A DNA stretch of 61,734 nt from Bdellovibrionales bacterium. Its GTDB lineage: Bacteria; Bdellovibrionota_G; JALEGL01; JAGRMV01. Made by a program: the position numbers and the translations under genes. Location: positions 1-61,734 of the forward strand of contig JAGRAZ010000002.1 of assembly GCA_020434345.1 (NCBI GenBank), given 5' to 3'. Positions 46,253-55,973 of the stretch are shown here, one piece after another; within the stretch, counting starts at the first letter, position 1; each line of letters starts with the position of its first letter. The notes beneath the pieces are model-generated. The model did no database searches and was not told where the DNA came from. It saw only the letters and a list, made by a program, of their open reading frames with translations.

Positions 46253-49200
46253 TTATTGCATAGATGTAGCCTGTATAATAAGACTCTGAATTTCCCTTAC
46301 TTTTGCACAAGAAATACCCCGTACGGCTGACAGATAAAGTAAGGGCTTTCCAGATACTGTGTAATGCCCTGTAAAAATAGGACGCTGCTGTTGATCCAAC
46401 GTGACATCTTCTTTAAAAAACTGAACTTGATAGCAGTCCTCACTGCTATCTTGAGATGTTTCTTCCTCATCTTCATTAGGCATCATATCCATGGCCACTT
46501 TCCAAGCAAGATCAGACTTCTCACGTAAAAATCGATCAGTTTGGTCTTTGTATTTTTTTCGATGCTCACCCATTGCATGTTTTTCATAATCAAGTGCTAC
46601 ATGATCCAAAGAAATCGGATTTTGACGACCATCCATGTGGTTTGCTTTTTCACTTTCTATTTGATTGTTCATGTCTTGCAGTTTTTGACCATGCTCACGC
46701 AGAAACACACCTCGATCTAAATCGTTCCAAATATCTGAAACCAGATAGCTTGCCAGCTCCATACGCACAGGCAAGTCATGAATGTCCATTCTCACATGGT
46801 GGCTTGACGCTGCAGCCTCTGCATAGTTTCTATACGGAACCCACACACTGATTTCCTTTTCAGGACTTGAAATCATATCTAAAACATGATCATCAAAAGA
46901 TCGATTTGCTTCATATTCGTTAGAGGGAAACATAAAGGAAACTGGCACAATGTCAGTACCTACCTCTACGTTGGTTAAAAACGGTACGTGTGCATTGGAT
47001 TCAAAATTTTTGATTTCAGAATGATCTTTTATTGAATTGGCATCCTCATATAACGTAGTCATCATAGAAATTTGTCGAAGAAAACTCTGAAAGACTGCCT
47101 GTTCAAGAATTGTAAATTCGTCTTCATTTTCATACCTTTGTTTTTGGGCAAGTAACGTGACAATTAAACTTCTTCCTCTTGCACGTAGGGCCTTGACCAT
47201 TTGATCCAAATCCAAGACACTTCCCCATTCAATATCTAAAAATGTTCCATTATATGTTCTAGAAAACAATCGCTGATACCAAGATTTTTCCATTTGATAG
47301 TCTGCATCCTGATAGAATTCTTGAACCATCTGTTCTTGAAACTTTTGATGATTTGTTTGGCTCAATTCAATGCAGTTTCCAAATCGTTCGAAATCTTCTA
47401 TCTCAAGGCAGCTTCGATATAAATTGCTTTGTTGATACTGAAGATCCAACATATCTCGCAATACCTTATGGGTTTCAGGCGATAAACTCGCATATAAATT
47501 TTCATATTCCCTTTTTCTTTCTTTTAAGTGCGATAGATGTTCACCCCTTACGTCATCAAGAAAAGAGCGATAATTTTCATAACTAACATCATTACTTCGA
47601 CCCTGTTCTTCTGTTTCATAGGTTCGATCGAGTTTAAGATCCATAAAACCAGCGGCATGCACTCTAGCATTCTCCAATCTTATAGATTCAAGTATCCATC
47701 CTTTATCCATCAATGTACTATGAACAAACGGGTATTGTTCTGCAATTTTCTTTTCATCTTCAATGGAGTCCTGCAAATGCTCTGTCATACTTTTTAACAT
47801 CTGCATTTCTATGTACTGCATATACGCAAATGAAAGTTTATCTGAAACACAGGCAATACTTTCTGGGGATGAAATAGATGTCTGGGTACATCCTTCTGGA
47901 ATATGCTTTTTATCCCTCAGTCCAATGATTTCCCCACTCATCGCAAATGACAAATCCCTCATGTTTTTTTCAAGTGACGTTAGATATTCCTTCTTACGAA
48001 CAACCCCTTCAAAAACATGAGAAATGGCGATCTCAATCCCCAGTTCTACACCAGCCACTGCAGCTCCTGCTATACCACCTTCTAAAAGCATGATTCGCAT
48101 TCCCCTTGCGCCCTTTCGAAACACAGAATAACCCACCCGAAGTGCTGAAGCGACAGGCTTGACAACCAATTGCGCAGACATAAATGAGCCTGCGTTGATG
48201 AAAAGGTTTTTTGCAAACTCTTTATCTTCGAGACCATTGTGCCAGATGATTGTATTTACAATCAACCCTGCCATAAATCCGATTTGATGTTTGACAATTC
48301 TTCTTGCAAATTGAGGACTAAATGCATGCCCCTTGATGGCTTGTGCATTGAGCTCCATCAATGCTTTGTTTTCAAGTCGCACCCCTGCTTTTTTGTATAT
48401 TTGATTTTCAATTTTTTCAGTTAAGGCAACGGCATTACCAGCAGCCAGTGAAAAGGTTATCAGTTTTATAGCTTCTTTAGGCAAACTATTAAACCAAACC
48501 TGAAATCCGTCCAAATCTTCTTTAGGGTCAAGAATATAGCGAAGACTTTGAGAAACCAGTAAAGCCAAAGCAAACTTACCACTCTCAACCAACATCCGTT
48601 GCGAGTAATTTTTTGGATGGTCAATCCAATGATCAACTTTTTGTAGCACGGGTGAAGAAATACGACCTGACAGCCCAGTTTTAGAGGATTGCGCTGCAAG
48701 CTTTTTAAGCCGGTCCATGACATCTACATACGCAAGCGCCTCGTATCCCTTTCGATCCATTTTACTCAAACTTTGAAGTTTTTGGTCCAAGACAGATACC
48801 GCCAGCGTATAATGCTTTCCTTCGATGGGAATGTCAGTAACGGGTACTTTTTCTAAAAGTGTTATCAACTCTAAAGCGTCCATCTTCTGAAGTTTATGAA
48901 GATCAGGAATAACAAATTGATAGGTTCCTTGTTGCTTTTGTGTACTCTTTTGTTCTGATTGCTTTTGCTGATTTGTTATTCTTTCAACATTTTGCCGTAT
49001 TGCATCTTTGGTTGTAAATTCAATTACATCAAGTGTTTTTAACGCTTCAACAATGTTTTGATGATCTTTATGGTTTGGACTATCCATAAACTTCTTATCT
49101 AGATAATCACCTAATCTTTCTTTCAAACGATCTGAATGCTCATATTGCGCACTCAGCAAATACATATTATCGCTACTCCAAAATTTAAATGGAATACGAT

Positions 49201-52200
49201 CAAGAATAAATTCAAAGTCCTTTTGTGTATGTTTTGTTTCCAGTACTTGCTTTACAAGCATAATATGTTGATCATTGCCAAAACCTGTGGGTTGAAACTT
49301 TGTATTATATCCACGGTACAATGAACTATATCGAGGCCTTTGAATAAGTCTCATCCATACTCTTCGATTGGTTCGAGGATCAAGAGTTTCAGCATCAATT
49401 TGATCCATCATGGTTTTGATGATTTTGCTTTTTAATTTTCCGATTCGAATGGCGTTCTCAAGCACAGACATATCTCGCTGGACATATGCTGGGTTTTCAC
49501 CTTCCGCCAACAGTGCCAATATGACACTGTCACCTGCCCCTACCGTTACTGCCGTGGCAAGTCTTGTATAATTATGTTGATTTACGATATTCGCGGGTAG
49601 AATATTTTGCGCAATGTGTTTTAAAACAATTTCATCTGAATAATGATTCAGAAGAAGTGAAATAATGAGATCGTTACCATATGCATTGATTGTATCGTAA
49701 CGAACAAACAAATTTCTACGAACACGCTCAACGTCAGCCTCTGGATACTTTTCTTCAATCATCAAATGGTAAGGTGTTTTCTTCTGACCATCCTCCTGGT
49801 TGATATCGTACCCCTGTGTCACAAGGTAAAAAATATACTCAACTTTGGCATGTTCATGAACAGCTTCATGCAAATACGTTGTACCTGATTCTTGATGACT
49901 ATATCTTGTCGTTGCACCGCTCATTTTTAAGTACAATTCAATTTCTGTATGATCTTGAAGTGTCAACCCCATGTCTGAAAGCACTCTAGGTAGTTCAAAA
50001 TATGGATCAGACTGAATGCCCAATTTTTCCTTTTCTAGCTTGTCATTATGCATTTCTAATTCCCAATGCTTTTCGTCTGGATGAGGTTGCTCCTTTAGCG
50101 GTCCTTTTGAACCATTTCTGGGTTTATCATGTCTAAGACCTTCGTCTACATGCTCTAAAAACGTAGAACGTGAAATAAACCGACTTAAAATTGGCCTAAA
50201 AAGTAAATTTTCGTACCAATTCAACTTGCCAAAGTTCTTTTCATTGGATGTTCCGTTGGAAGAACCATGTAAAGTTGCAATACCATTTTTAGGGGGCTCC
50301 CCTTTTGTCAATCCATGCTCAATATATGGCGCATAGGCCTTTACAAGTTCATTCATATGTAAATTCTCTGCAGACGCGCTTGCTTTTTGGAAAACAGTTG
50401 CAGGTATTTCTATTTCGTTTGCTCGAGCATATTCTACAACCATGGGTAAGTGTTTAGAGGCTACAGCATCTACATTGATTGTTGCATACTCATAGGACAA
50501 AACTTTTATTGCTTTTTCAAGTGCCGATTGACTTAGTATAATTTTTTCTTGGTCAAGGTATGCAAAGTACTTTTCTACACAAACAGTAGGGCCAGACATT
50601 AGTGCGTAATGAAAGGACGTTTGAATTTCAGTCTGTGATAGTGCTATTTTTTCAGCCGTAATGTAATCAAGCGCCTTTTCAAAATGCCCCCATTTGTCTG
50701 CTTGTGAAGCATTTCGCAAAAGATACAATGCCTGATCTAAAGATGTGATGGGCAATGCATACTGTTCGCTGTTCCCTTCAACCACCTCAACTTTGGCTTC
50801 CTCAACTACACGGTTTCCAGAAAGCTCCCTTACTTGCACTGCTACTTCTACATCCAAGCCTTCAAGTCCTAGTATTTTTTCACGTATTTCTTGATGAAAT
50901 GGAGTTTCTGTTAAAACTACTCTCATTTCTTTTGGATACATTGCAACAAGTTCAGTTATGTAGGGTGAAAGACCCGCGCGGCTATACCTACTGCTTACAA
51001 GAAGCATCTGCAGGATGTTTATTGCATAATTTTTATTCGTAAATCTTTTATCTCTTTGTAAAAGTGAAGATAATTCAGATTCATACAATTGCTGTATTTT
51101 TTCTGACACCTCATCTGCTTTGTCGTAGTAGTAGTACGATGACATACGCAAAAGGGTCGCCATTTGCGCAAGTGACAATTTATCCAACTCTATTTCACTT
51201 GTTTTATACAAATGTGATTGCATCAATACCATTTGGATAAGCATTGAGCGAGAGGATCGATTTAGCTGATTCTTGCTTGCTAGATATCGAAGAAACCCCT
51301 CATACATTCCATCTGATTCAATCAAGTATTTTTTCTTAAATTCATTAAGCTTATCACTGTGATTTTCAGTAAAAAAGGATACAAAATAGCTCGCTAGATT
51401 TTCATAGATAAACGTTTTAAACCTTTTGTCTTGCCCATCTATAAAATAATCATAGGATTCAGAATTCATTTTTGACAATAAACGAATATTTTCCATCAAA
51501 TCAATAATGGCTGTATATTTTTCAATATTTCTATTACTTTTTACTTTTGCGGCCTCAATCAAATGCAAATCATATGCTTTCAAAAATATTTTGTTTAAAT
51601 CAAGCTTCAATACATCAAATGCCATCTCCTCACTGCTAACAAATAAGGAAAAAAGCAAATCTCTTCTTACTTTTTGATTACCTTCGACGATTGCACTTGT
51701 AAGCACTTCCTGAAAATTTGGATTTACTTTAAATTCAATTTCAAAATAAGAAAGAATACGAATCAGATTTATATACCGAAGCATATCTCTATTTTTAAAA
51801 TACAATCCAAGCAAACCCTGCACTTGGCGTATGATGTGCTCTTTTTCTATTCTTTGCGAAAGATCAATTGCATTTGGATATGTGTTTTTTTGAACAACAT
51901 ATTTATTTGCACGATTACTTTGTTGATAAAGGTAGATTCTTTCCGTGCCTAATTTATCCTCAAATGCAAGCATGTCTTGCTGCTGAGAGTTAAGTGCATC
52001 TACTCGGTAATTATAAGCTACAAATTTTCCATTCTGTTCAAAATTTTGAGAAAACTCTTGATAAAATGTGTTTACCTCACGTGTGTCCGAAATCCTTGAC
52101 AACACACCTGATTTTGTTCGAAGCGGAATAGCAATTTGTATATCTTTGGCTTTGTAGTATTGTGCCAATACATCTAACAACGGCTGTATATATTGCACAG

Positions 52201-52738
52201 GAACATTTTGTATCCTACTCACAAGAGCAATCGCTTGATCTCCCAACGATTGAGCTGAGCCAAAAGCAATGCTTATTTTTCCGATGACTTTGCCTTCATT
52301 GTTCTCAATAGTGAAATATTCAAATGAACGAGATCTTTCATCATCTGTACTAATATTTGTACGACAAAATCCATCAATAGAGGTTGAAAACACTCTTTCT
52401 TCATAGCTCAAGGGCTTAAGTGTAAAACGAGAAACGCCATCTTCAAGTGTGATCGTAAAAAATGGTGAAAGACGAATATTCTTCTTTTCCTCAGCGTCCA
52501 TAAGGTCAAAAACATCATAAGGCCGAATCACATGGGAGTAGTATTCTGAAACATGATTTAAGTAGGCAAGATACAGAAAGTTTTCATTTGCACCTTCAGT
52601 TGTTGTCACGCCACGGTGTAACATTTCCTGAAAAAGATGTGTAAGGCGTGAGGGATCCGAGTGAAGCTGTGGACTTTGTGCAAACAATACACTTACTTGG
52701 AAAACGAAAAATACCGCTATTCCAATGATCTTCCCCAT
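46253..52738 (-). CDS. Giant (~2161 aa) secreted protein with helical/ankyrin repeats and a hydrophobic helical bundle; unknown function
   Basis: Uninterrupted 6.5-kb ORF; signal peptide MGKIIGIAVFFVFQVSVLFA|Q from ATG 52738; ankyrin-like repeats (GTTYLHEAV, DGQKKTPYH, YTRLATAV, MSVLENAI); G/A-rich hydrophobic helices. Confidence 0.85.
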   Translation of the reverse strand: MGKIIGIAVFFVFQVSVLFAQSPQLHSDPSRLTHLFQEMLHRGVTTTEGANENFLYLAYLNHVSEYYSHVIRPYDVFDLMDAEEKKNIRLSPFFTITLEDGVSRFTLKPLSYEERVFSTSIDGFCRTNISTDDERSRSFEYFTIENNEGKVIGKISIAFGSAQSLGDQAIALVSRIQNVPVQYIQPLLDVLAQYYKAKDIQIAIPLRTKSGVLSRISDTREVNTFYQEFSQNFEQNGKFVAYNYRVDALNSQQQDMLAFEDKLGTERIYLYQQSNRANKYVVQKNTYPNAIDLSQRIEKEHIIRQVQGLLGLYFKNRDMLRYINLIRILSYFEIEFKVNPNFQEVLTSAIVEGNQKVRRDLLFSLFVSSEEMAFDVLKLDLNKIFLKAYDLHLIEAAKVKSNRNIEKYTAIIDLMENIRLLSKMNSESYDYFIDGQDKRFKTFIYENLASYFVSFFTENHSDKLNEFKKKYLIESDGMYEGFLRYLASKNQLNRSSRSMLIQMVLMQSHLYKTSEIELDKLSLAQMATLLRMSSYYYYDKADEVSEKIQQLYESELSSLLQRDKRFTNKNYAINILQMLLVSSRYSRAGLSPYITELVAMYPKEMRVVLTETPFHQEIREKILGLEGLDVEVAVQVRELSGNRVVEEAKVEVVEGNSEQYALPITSLDQALYLLRNASQADKWGHFEKALDYITAEKIALSQTEIQTSFHYALMSGPTVCVEKYFAYLDQEKIILSQSALEKAIKVLSYEYATINVDAVASKHLPMVVEYARANEIEIPATVFQKASASAENLHMNELVKAYAPYIEHGLTKGEPPKNGIATLHGSSNGTSNEKNFGKLNWYENLLFRPILSRFISRSTFLEHVDEGLRHDKPRNGSKGPLKEQPHPDEKHWELEMHNDKLEKEKLGIQSDPYFELPRVLSDMGLTLQDHTEIELYLKMSGATTRYSHQESGTTYLHEAVHEHAKVEYIFYLVTQGYDINQEDGQKKTPYHLMIEEKYPEADVERVRRNLFVRYDTINAYGNDLIISLLLNHYSDEIVLKHIAQNILPANIVNQHNYTRLATAVTVGAGDSVILALLAEGENPAYVQRDMSVLENAIRIGKLKSKIIKTMMDQIDAETLDPRTNRRVWMRLIQRPRYSSLYRGYNTKFQPTGFGNDQHIMLVKQVLETKHTQKDFEFILDRIPFKFWSSDNMYLLSAQYEHSDRLKERLGDYLDKKFMDSPNHKDHQNIVEALKTLDVIEFTTKDAIRQNVERITNQQKQSEQKSTQKQQGTYQFVIPDLHKLQKMDALELITLLEKVPVTDIPIEGKHYTLAVSVLDQKLQSLSKMDRKGYEALAYVDVMDRLKKLAAQSSKTGLSGRISSPVLQKVDHWIDHPKNYSQRMLVESGKFALALLVSQSLRYILDPKEDLDGFQVWFNSLPKEAIKLITFSLAAGNAVALTEKIENQIYKKAGVRLENKALMELNAQAIKGHAFSPQFARRIVKHQIGFMAGLIVNTIIWHNGLEDKEFAKNLFINAGSFMSAQLVVKPVASALRVGYSVFRKGARGMRIMLLEGGIAGAAVAGVELGIEIAISHVFEGVVRKKEYLTSLEKNMRDLSFAMSGEIIGLRDKKHIPEGCTQTSISSPESIACVSDKLSFAYMQYIEMQMLKSMTEHLQDSIEDEKKIAEQYPFVHSTLMDKGWILESIRLENARVHAAGFMDLKLDRTYETEEQGRSNDVSYENYRSFLDDVRGEHLSHLKERKREYENLYASLSPETHKVLRDMLDLQYQQSNLYRSCLEIEDFERFGNCIELSQTNHQKFQEQMVQEFYQDADYQMEKSWYQRLFSRTYNGTFLDIEWGSVLDLDQMVKALRARGRSLIVTLLAQKQRYENEDEFTILEQAVFQSFLRQISMMTTLYEDANSIKDHSEIKNFESNAHVPFLTNVEVGTDIVPVSFMFPSNEYEANRSFDDHVLDMISSPEKEISVWVPYRNYAEAAASSHHVRMDIHDLPVRMELASYLVSDIWNDLDRGVFLREHGQKLQDMNNQIESEKANHMDGRQNPISLDHVALDYEKHAMGEHRKKYKDQTDRFLREKSDLAWKVAMDMMPNEDEEETSQDSSEDCYQVQFFKEDVTLDQQQRPIFTGHYTVSGKPLLYLSAVRGISCAKVREIQSLIIQATSMQ

Positions 52739-52752
52739 AAGGCTATAGGTAC

Positions 52753-52769
52753 AGCAGAGATCGTGCCAA
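52753..52769 (-). promoter_or_regulatory. sigma54-type (-24/-12) promoter for the giant gene
   Basis: TTGGCACGATCTCTGCT: TGGCACG plus GC exactly 10 nt after GG; intergenic if ATG 52738 is the start. Confidence 0.6.
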
Positions 52770-52863
52770 TTCAATCCATTTTAAGTACTTGATTATATTG
52801 AACTATTATTGAATAAATTGGCAATAAGGGGACATCCAAGACCCATGCACAACCATCGACGCC

Positions 52864-55800
52864 CTACCCTCGCGTTTCGACAGCTACTTGGCCTTTATTT
52901 CTTCCAAAAACTTTTTTGGTCAGTTTTGAGAAATCTTCAATGATAGCGTAACCACATGGCACCCATACAAGCGTCAGAATTGTTCCACTTGTTAATCCCC
53001 ATGCCATTGCAAGTGTCATTGGCACAAGCATCGCATCTGATCCACCAACGCCGTAGGCTGTAGGAAGAAGTCCACTGATTGTCGTTAATGAACTCACCAC
53101 AACAGCTCTAAGTCTAAGCCCCGATGCTTTGGTAAGAATTTCATGCAAAGACATTGCGTTTTTCTCTGCCCGCAATTCTTCAATAAAAGTTATCAAAACA
53201 ATACCCGAATTCACAATAATCCCACCCAAACCAATCAAACCGATCATTGCCAAAAAGCTAATGGGTCTTCCATGAATGGCAAAAGCAATAGAAAAGCCAA
53301 CCAACCCCAACGGTATCGTCGTCATGATCACCAACGGTCTGAGATACGAATTGAATAAAAATACAAGAAGCGCAAAAATACCAATGAGTGAAAGAATCAA
53401 AGCATTGAATAAACTCTCCATGGATTCTTTTGTACTTTCTTCTTCTCCACCAAAAATAATACTTACATCCTTATACTCGTGTTGCAATTCTTCAAAGTGA
53501 CGCATCAACCTTTGGTTTGCTTCAAAAGAAGTAATAACATCTGTGTCAATGTTGGCCGTAATTGTTTTGGATCGCTTATAATCATATCGCTTGATATAAG
53601 CTGTCGCAGGCTTGATATCAAAGGTTGCAAAAGAAGACAGTGGCACCAGATATCCTCCACGCCCCATAAGAGAAATCTTTGAAAGATCATCTAAGCTTTT
53701 GCGATATTTATGATCAAAACGAACAACCAAATCTACTTCCTTGTTCCTTAAATTCACATCTGAAACAATTTTTCCAGAGATTGCCGTCCGTATTGCATTG
53801 CCTATTTGCTGGGTATTTAATCCCAATTGATCTGCCTTTTTGTAATCAATCGTTACAAAAACCTCTTCATCACCATACACATCCTGAATGGTCACATCTC
53901 TAAGACCATTCTGGCTTTCCAAAAACTCTTTCATTTGATCAACGACGATCTGTAAATGTTTTCCATCATTTGAACGAAAAGTTGCGTTCACAGGTTCTCC
54001 CACAGGAGGTCCATTGATTGCAGCTTCATACATAATTTCTACATCTTCAGACTGGATCTGTCGTAGCAAAGCAAGAATTTCAGTATGGGGTGTGTTAAAT
54101 TTTGTTTCATCATCAACATAAATAAGAATAATTCCCACATTCTCGCTCTCTTTTTCCTTTGGGTCACTAGGACCCATTGTGGAAATGCCTGATCTAGAAA
54201 CAACATGCGTTGCAGAAGAGCCTAATTTTTCTTTGATGCGTAAAGATAAATTCGTCATCTCTTGGGTTGTTGTTTCAATTGTAGTACCTGCTGGCATTTC
54301 TACCCTTGCAGCGTAAATTTCAGTCTCATCAGGGGGAAAAAGCATAAAAGTATTAAAAACAGACATCAATATGAAGCACCCTATTAATGTCATTGTAAAG
54401 ATTCCAAGTGAAACATAGCGATACTTCACTGCTTTTGAAACAATGTTTTCAAAAACTGGTAAAAATTTGTTTTGAAACCAATCAGATTGAGCTTTTGATG
54501 ACTTGGTTGCCGTTCCATCAAGACGCATTGGAAGCAAAAAAAAGCTTTCAAACAAACTCATCAGGAGTGCAATGCAAACAATAATAGGAATAAATTTGAT
54601 AAACTGCCCCATGATTCCTTTGGTCACAAGCATAGGCAAGAAAGCAGCAATTGTTGTAAATGCTGTTGCTGAAATTGGAAGCCATAAGGTGTGCAAGGAA
54701 GACAATATCGCGTCTCTAGACGACATTCCTTCACCTCGAAGACGTGTATAGTTTTCACTGATGACAACGCTATTATCAACCATCATACCGATTGCAATGA
54801 CCAGCGCTAAAATGGTTATTGCATCTAAGTTCATTCCAAGGACAGGCATAAATGCCAAGGTCGCCATAACCGAAATTGGAAGCGATAAACTTGCTACAAA
54901 ACCAATGCGTCCGGGCAAAAAAAGCAAAAGAAAGAAAACTACCAGAATCAACCCACTCATTGCATTGCTAGACAAAACACCTACTCTATTTTTTACATTT
55001 AGAGCTTCGTTCATATAAACTACAATTTCAAATTCATCTTTGTATTTATCACGAAAGAATTCAATTTTATCGTCAACAGACGAAACTAAATCAATGGTGT
55101 CAGCCCCTGCTTTTTTTGTAGCGATTAAAAGCGTTGCTTCTTTCCCATTGTAACTTGTTAAGACTTTCGCTTCTTCTTCACCATCAACAACATCTGCAAC
55201 ATCTTTTAAATATATATGCTGATTTGAAGAATTAGATCGGATAAGAATATTTTCAATATCTTGCTTATTCTTTATTTTGCCTTCAATTCTTAACAATTGC
55301 TGGGCTGGGCTTGACTCTAAGTGTCCTCCGGGAATATTGACATTCCTGATTTCAACCGCTCGCTGTACTTCTTCAATAGAAATGTAATTCTTTGCTAGTT
55401 TGCTGCTATCCACGTTGATTTCAAAACTACGGTGACGGAAACCTACGGGTCTTACCTCAAGAATATTTTTGTTATCTTCGATCTCCTCTTTTAACAAGTC
55501 AGCGAGCTCATCTCGTTTTCTGTCTTCGTTACTGCCAATAATAGCAATTTCTAGCACTGGAAACTCTTCAGACTTGATCTCTGTAAACAAAGGTGGATCT
55601 TCTAAATCGGTAGGAAGCTGAGCACGGTCAACAGATCTCTGCAAATCAGCCATTAATTTAGTAACATCAGCATTGTCTATATCACCTCTAACAAATATTC
55701 TACTAAGACCAGGTTGGCTGATTGAGCTAATATCTTTAATGCCTGAAACACCTCGTATTTCATCTTCAATAGGTTTTGTAATTTTTGTTTCAATATCTTC

Positions 55801-55971
55801 TGTTGAAGCCCCATCATAAACTGTCACAATCGTTGACATCGCAAAATCGACTGCAGGATAAGATTCTGCATTCAATCGAATCAGTCCACTTAGTCCAAAA
55901 ACAAGAACAAAAAGTGTTAGAACAAGCGTAAATTTTTTATTTTGCAGGAAGAAATTTGCAATTGTAACCAT
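52864..55971 (-). CDS. RND-family efflux permease (AcrB/AcrD/AcrF-like)
   Basis: 1035 aa with two periplasmic loops and a 12-TM pattern; P.VDF, IETKITKPIE, TM4 IGMMVDNSVVISEN, RLRAV..SSLTT, GLLP.A.G.G. Confidence 0.92.
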   Translation of the reverse strand: MVTIANFFLQNKKFTLVLTLFVLVFGLSGLIRLNAESYPAVDFAMSTIVTVYDGASTEDIETKITKPIEDEIRGVSGIKDISSISQPGLSRIFVRGDIDNADVTKLMADLQRSVDRAQLPTDLEDPPLFTEIKSEEFPVLEIAIIGSNEDRKRDELADLLKEEIEDNKNILEVRPVGFRHRSFEINVDSSKLAKNYISIEEVQRAVEIRNVNIPGGHLESSPAQQLLRIEGKIKNKQDIENILIRSNSSNQHIYLKDVADVVDGEEEAKVLTSYNGKEATLLIATKKAGADTIDLVSSVDDKIEFFRDKYKDEFEIVVYMNEALNVKNRVGVLSSNAMSGLILVVFFLLLFLPGRIGFVASLSLPISVMATLAFMPVLGMNLDAITILALVIAIGMMVDNSVVISENYTRLRGEGMSSRDAILSSLHTLWLPISATAFTTIAAFLPMLVTKGIMGQFIKFIPIIVCIALLMSLFESFFLLPMRLDGTATKSSKAQSDWFQNKFLPVFENIVSKAVKYRYVSLGIFTMTLIGCFILMSVFNTFMLFPPDETEIYAARVEMPAGTTIETTTQEMTNLSLRIKEKLGSSATHVVSRSGISTMGPSDPKEKESENVGIILIYVDDETKFNTPHTEILALLRQIQSEDVEIMYEAAINGPPVGEPVNATFRSNDGKHLQIVVDQMKEFLESQNGLRDVTIQDVYGDEEVFVTIDYKKADQLGLNTQQIGNAIRTAISGKIVSDVNLRNKEVDLVVRFDHKYRKSLDDLSKISLMGRGGYLVPLSSFATFDIKPATAYIKRYDYKRSKTITANIDTDVITSFEANQRLMRHFEELQHEYKDVSIIFGGEEESTKESMESLFNALILSLIGIFALLVFLFNSYLRPLVIMTTIPLGLVGFSIAFAIHGRPISFLAMIGLIGLGGIIVNSGIVLITFIEELRAEKNAMSLHEILTKASGLRLRAVVVSSLTTISGLLPTAYGVGGSDAMLVPMTLAMAWGLTSGTILTLVWVPCGYAIIEDFSKLTKKVFGRNKGQVAVETRG

Positions 55972-55973
55972 AA

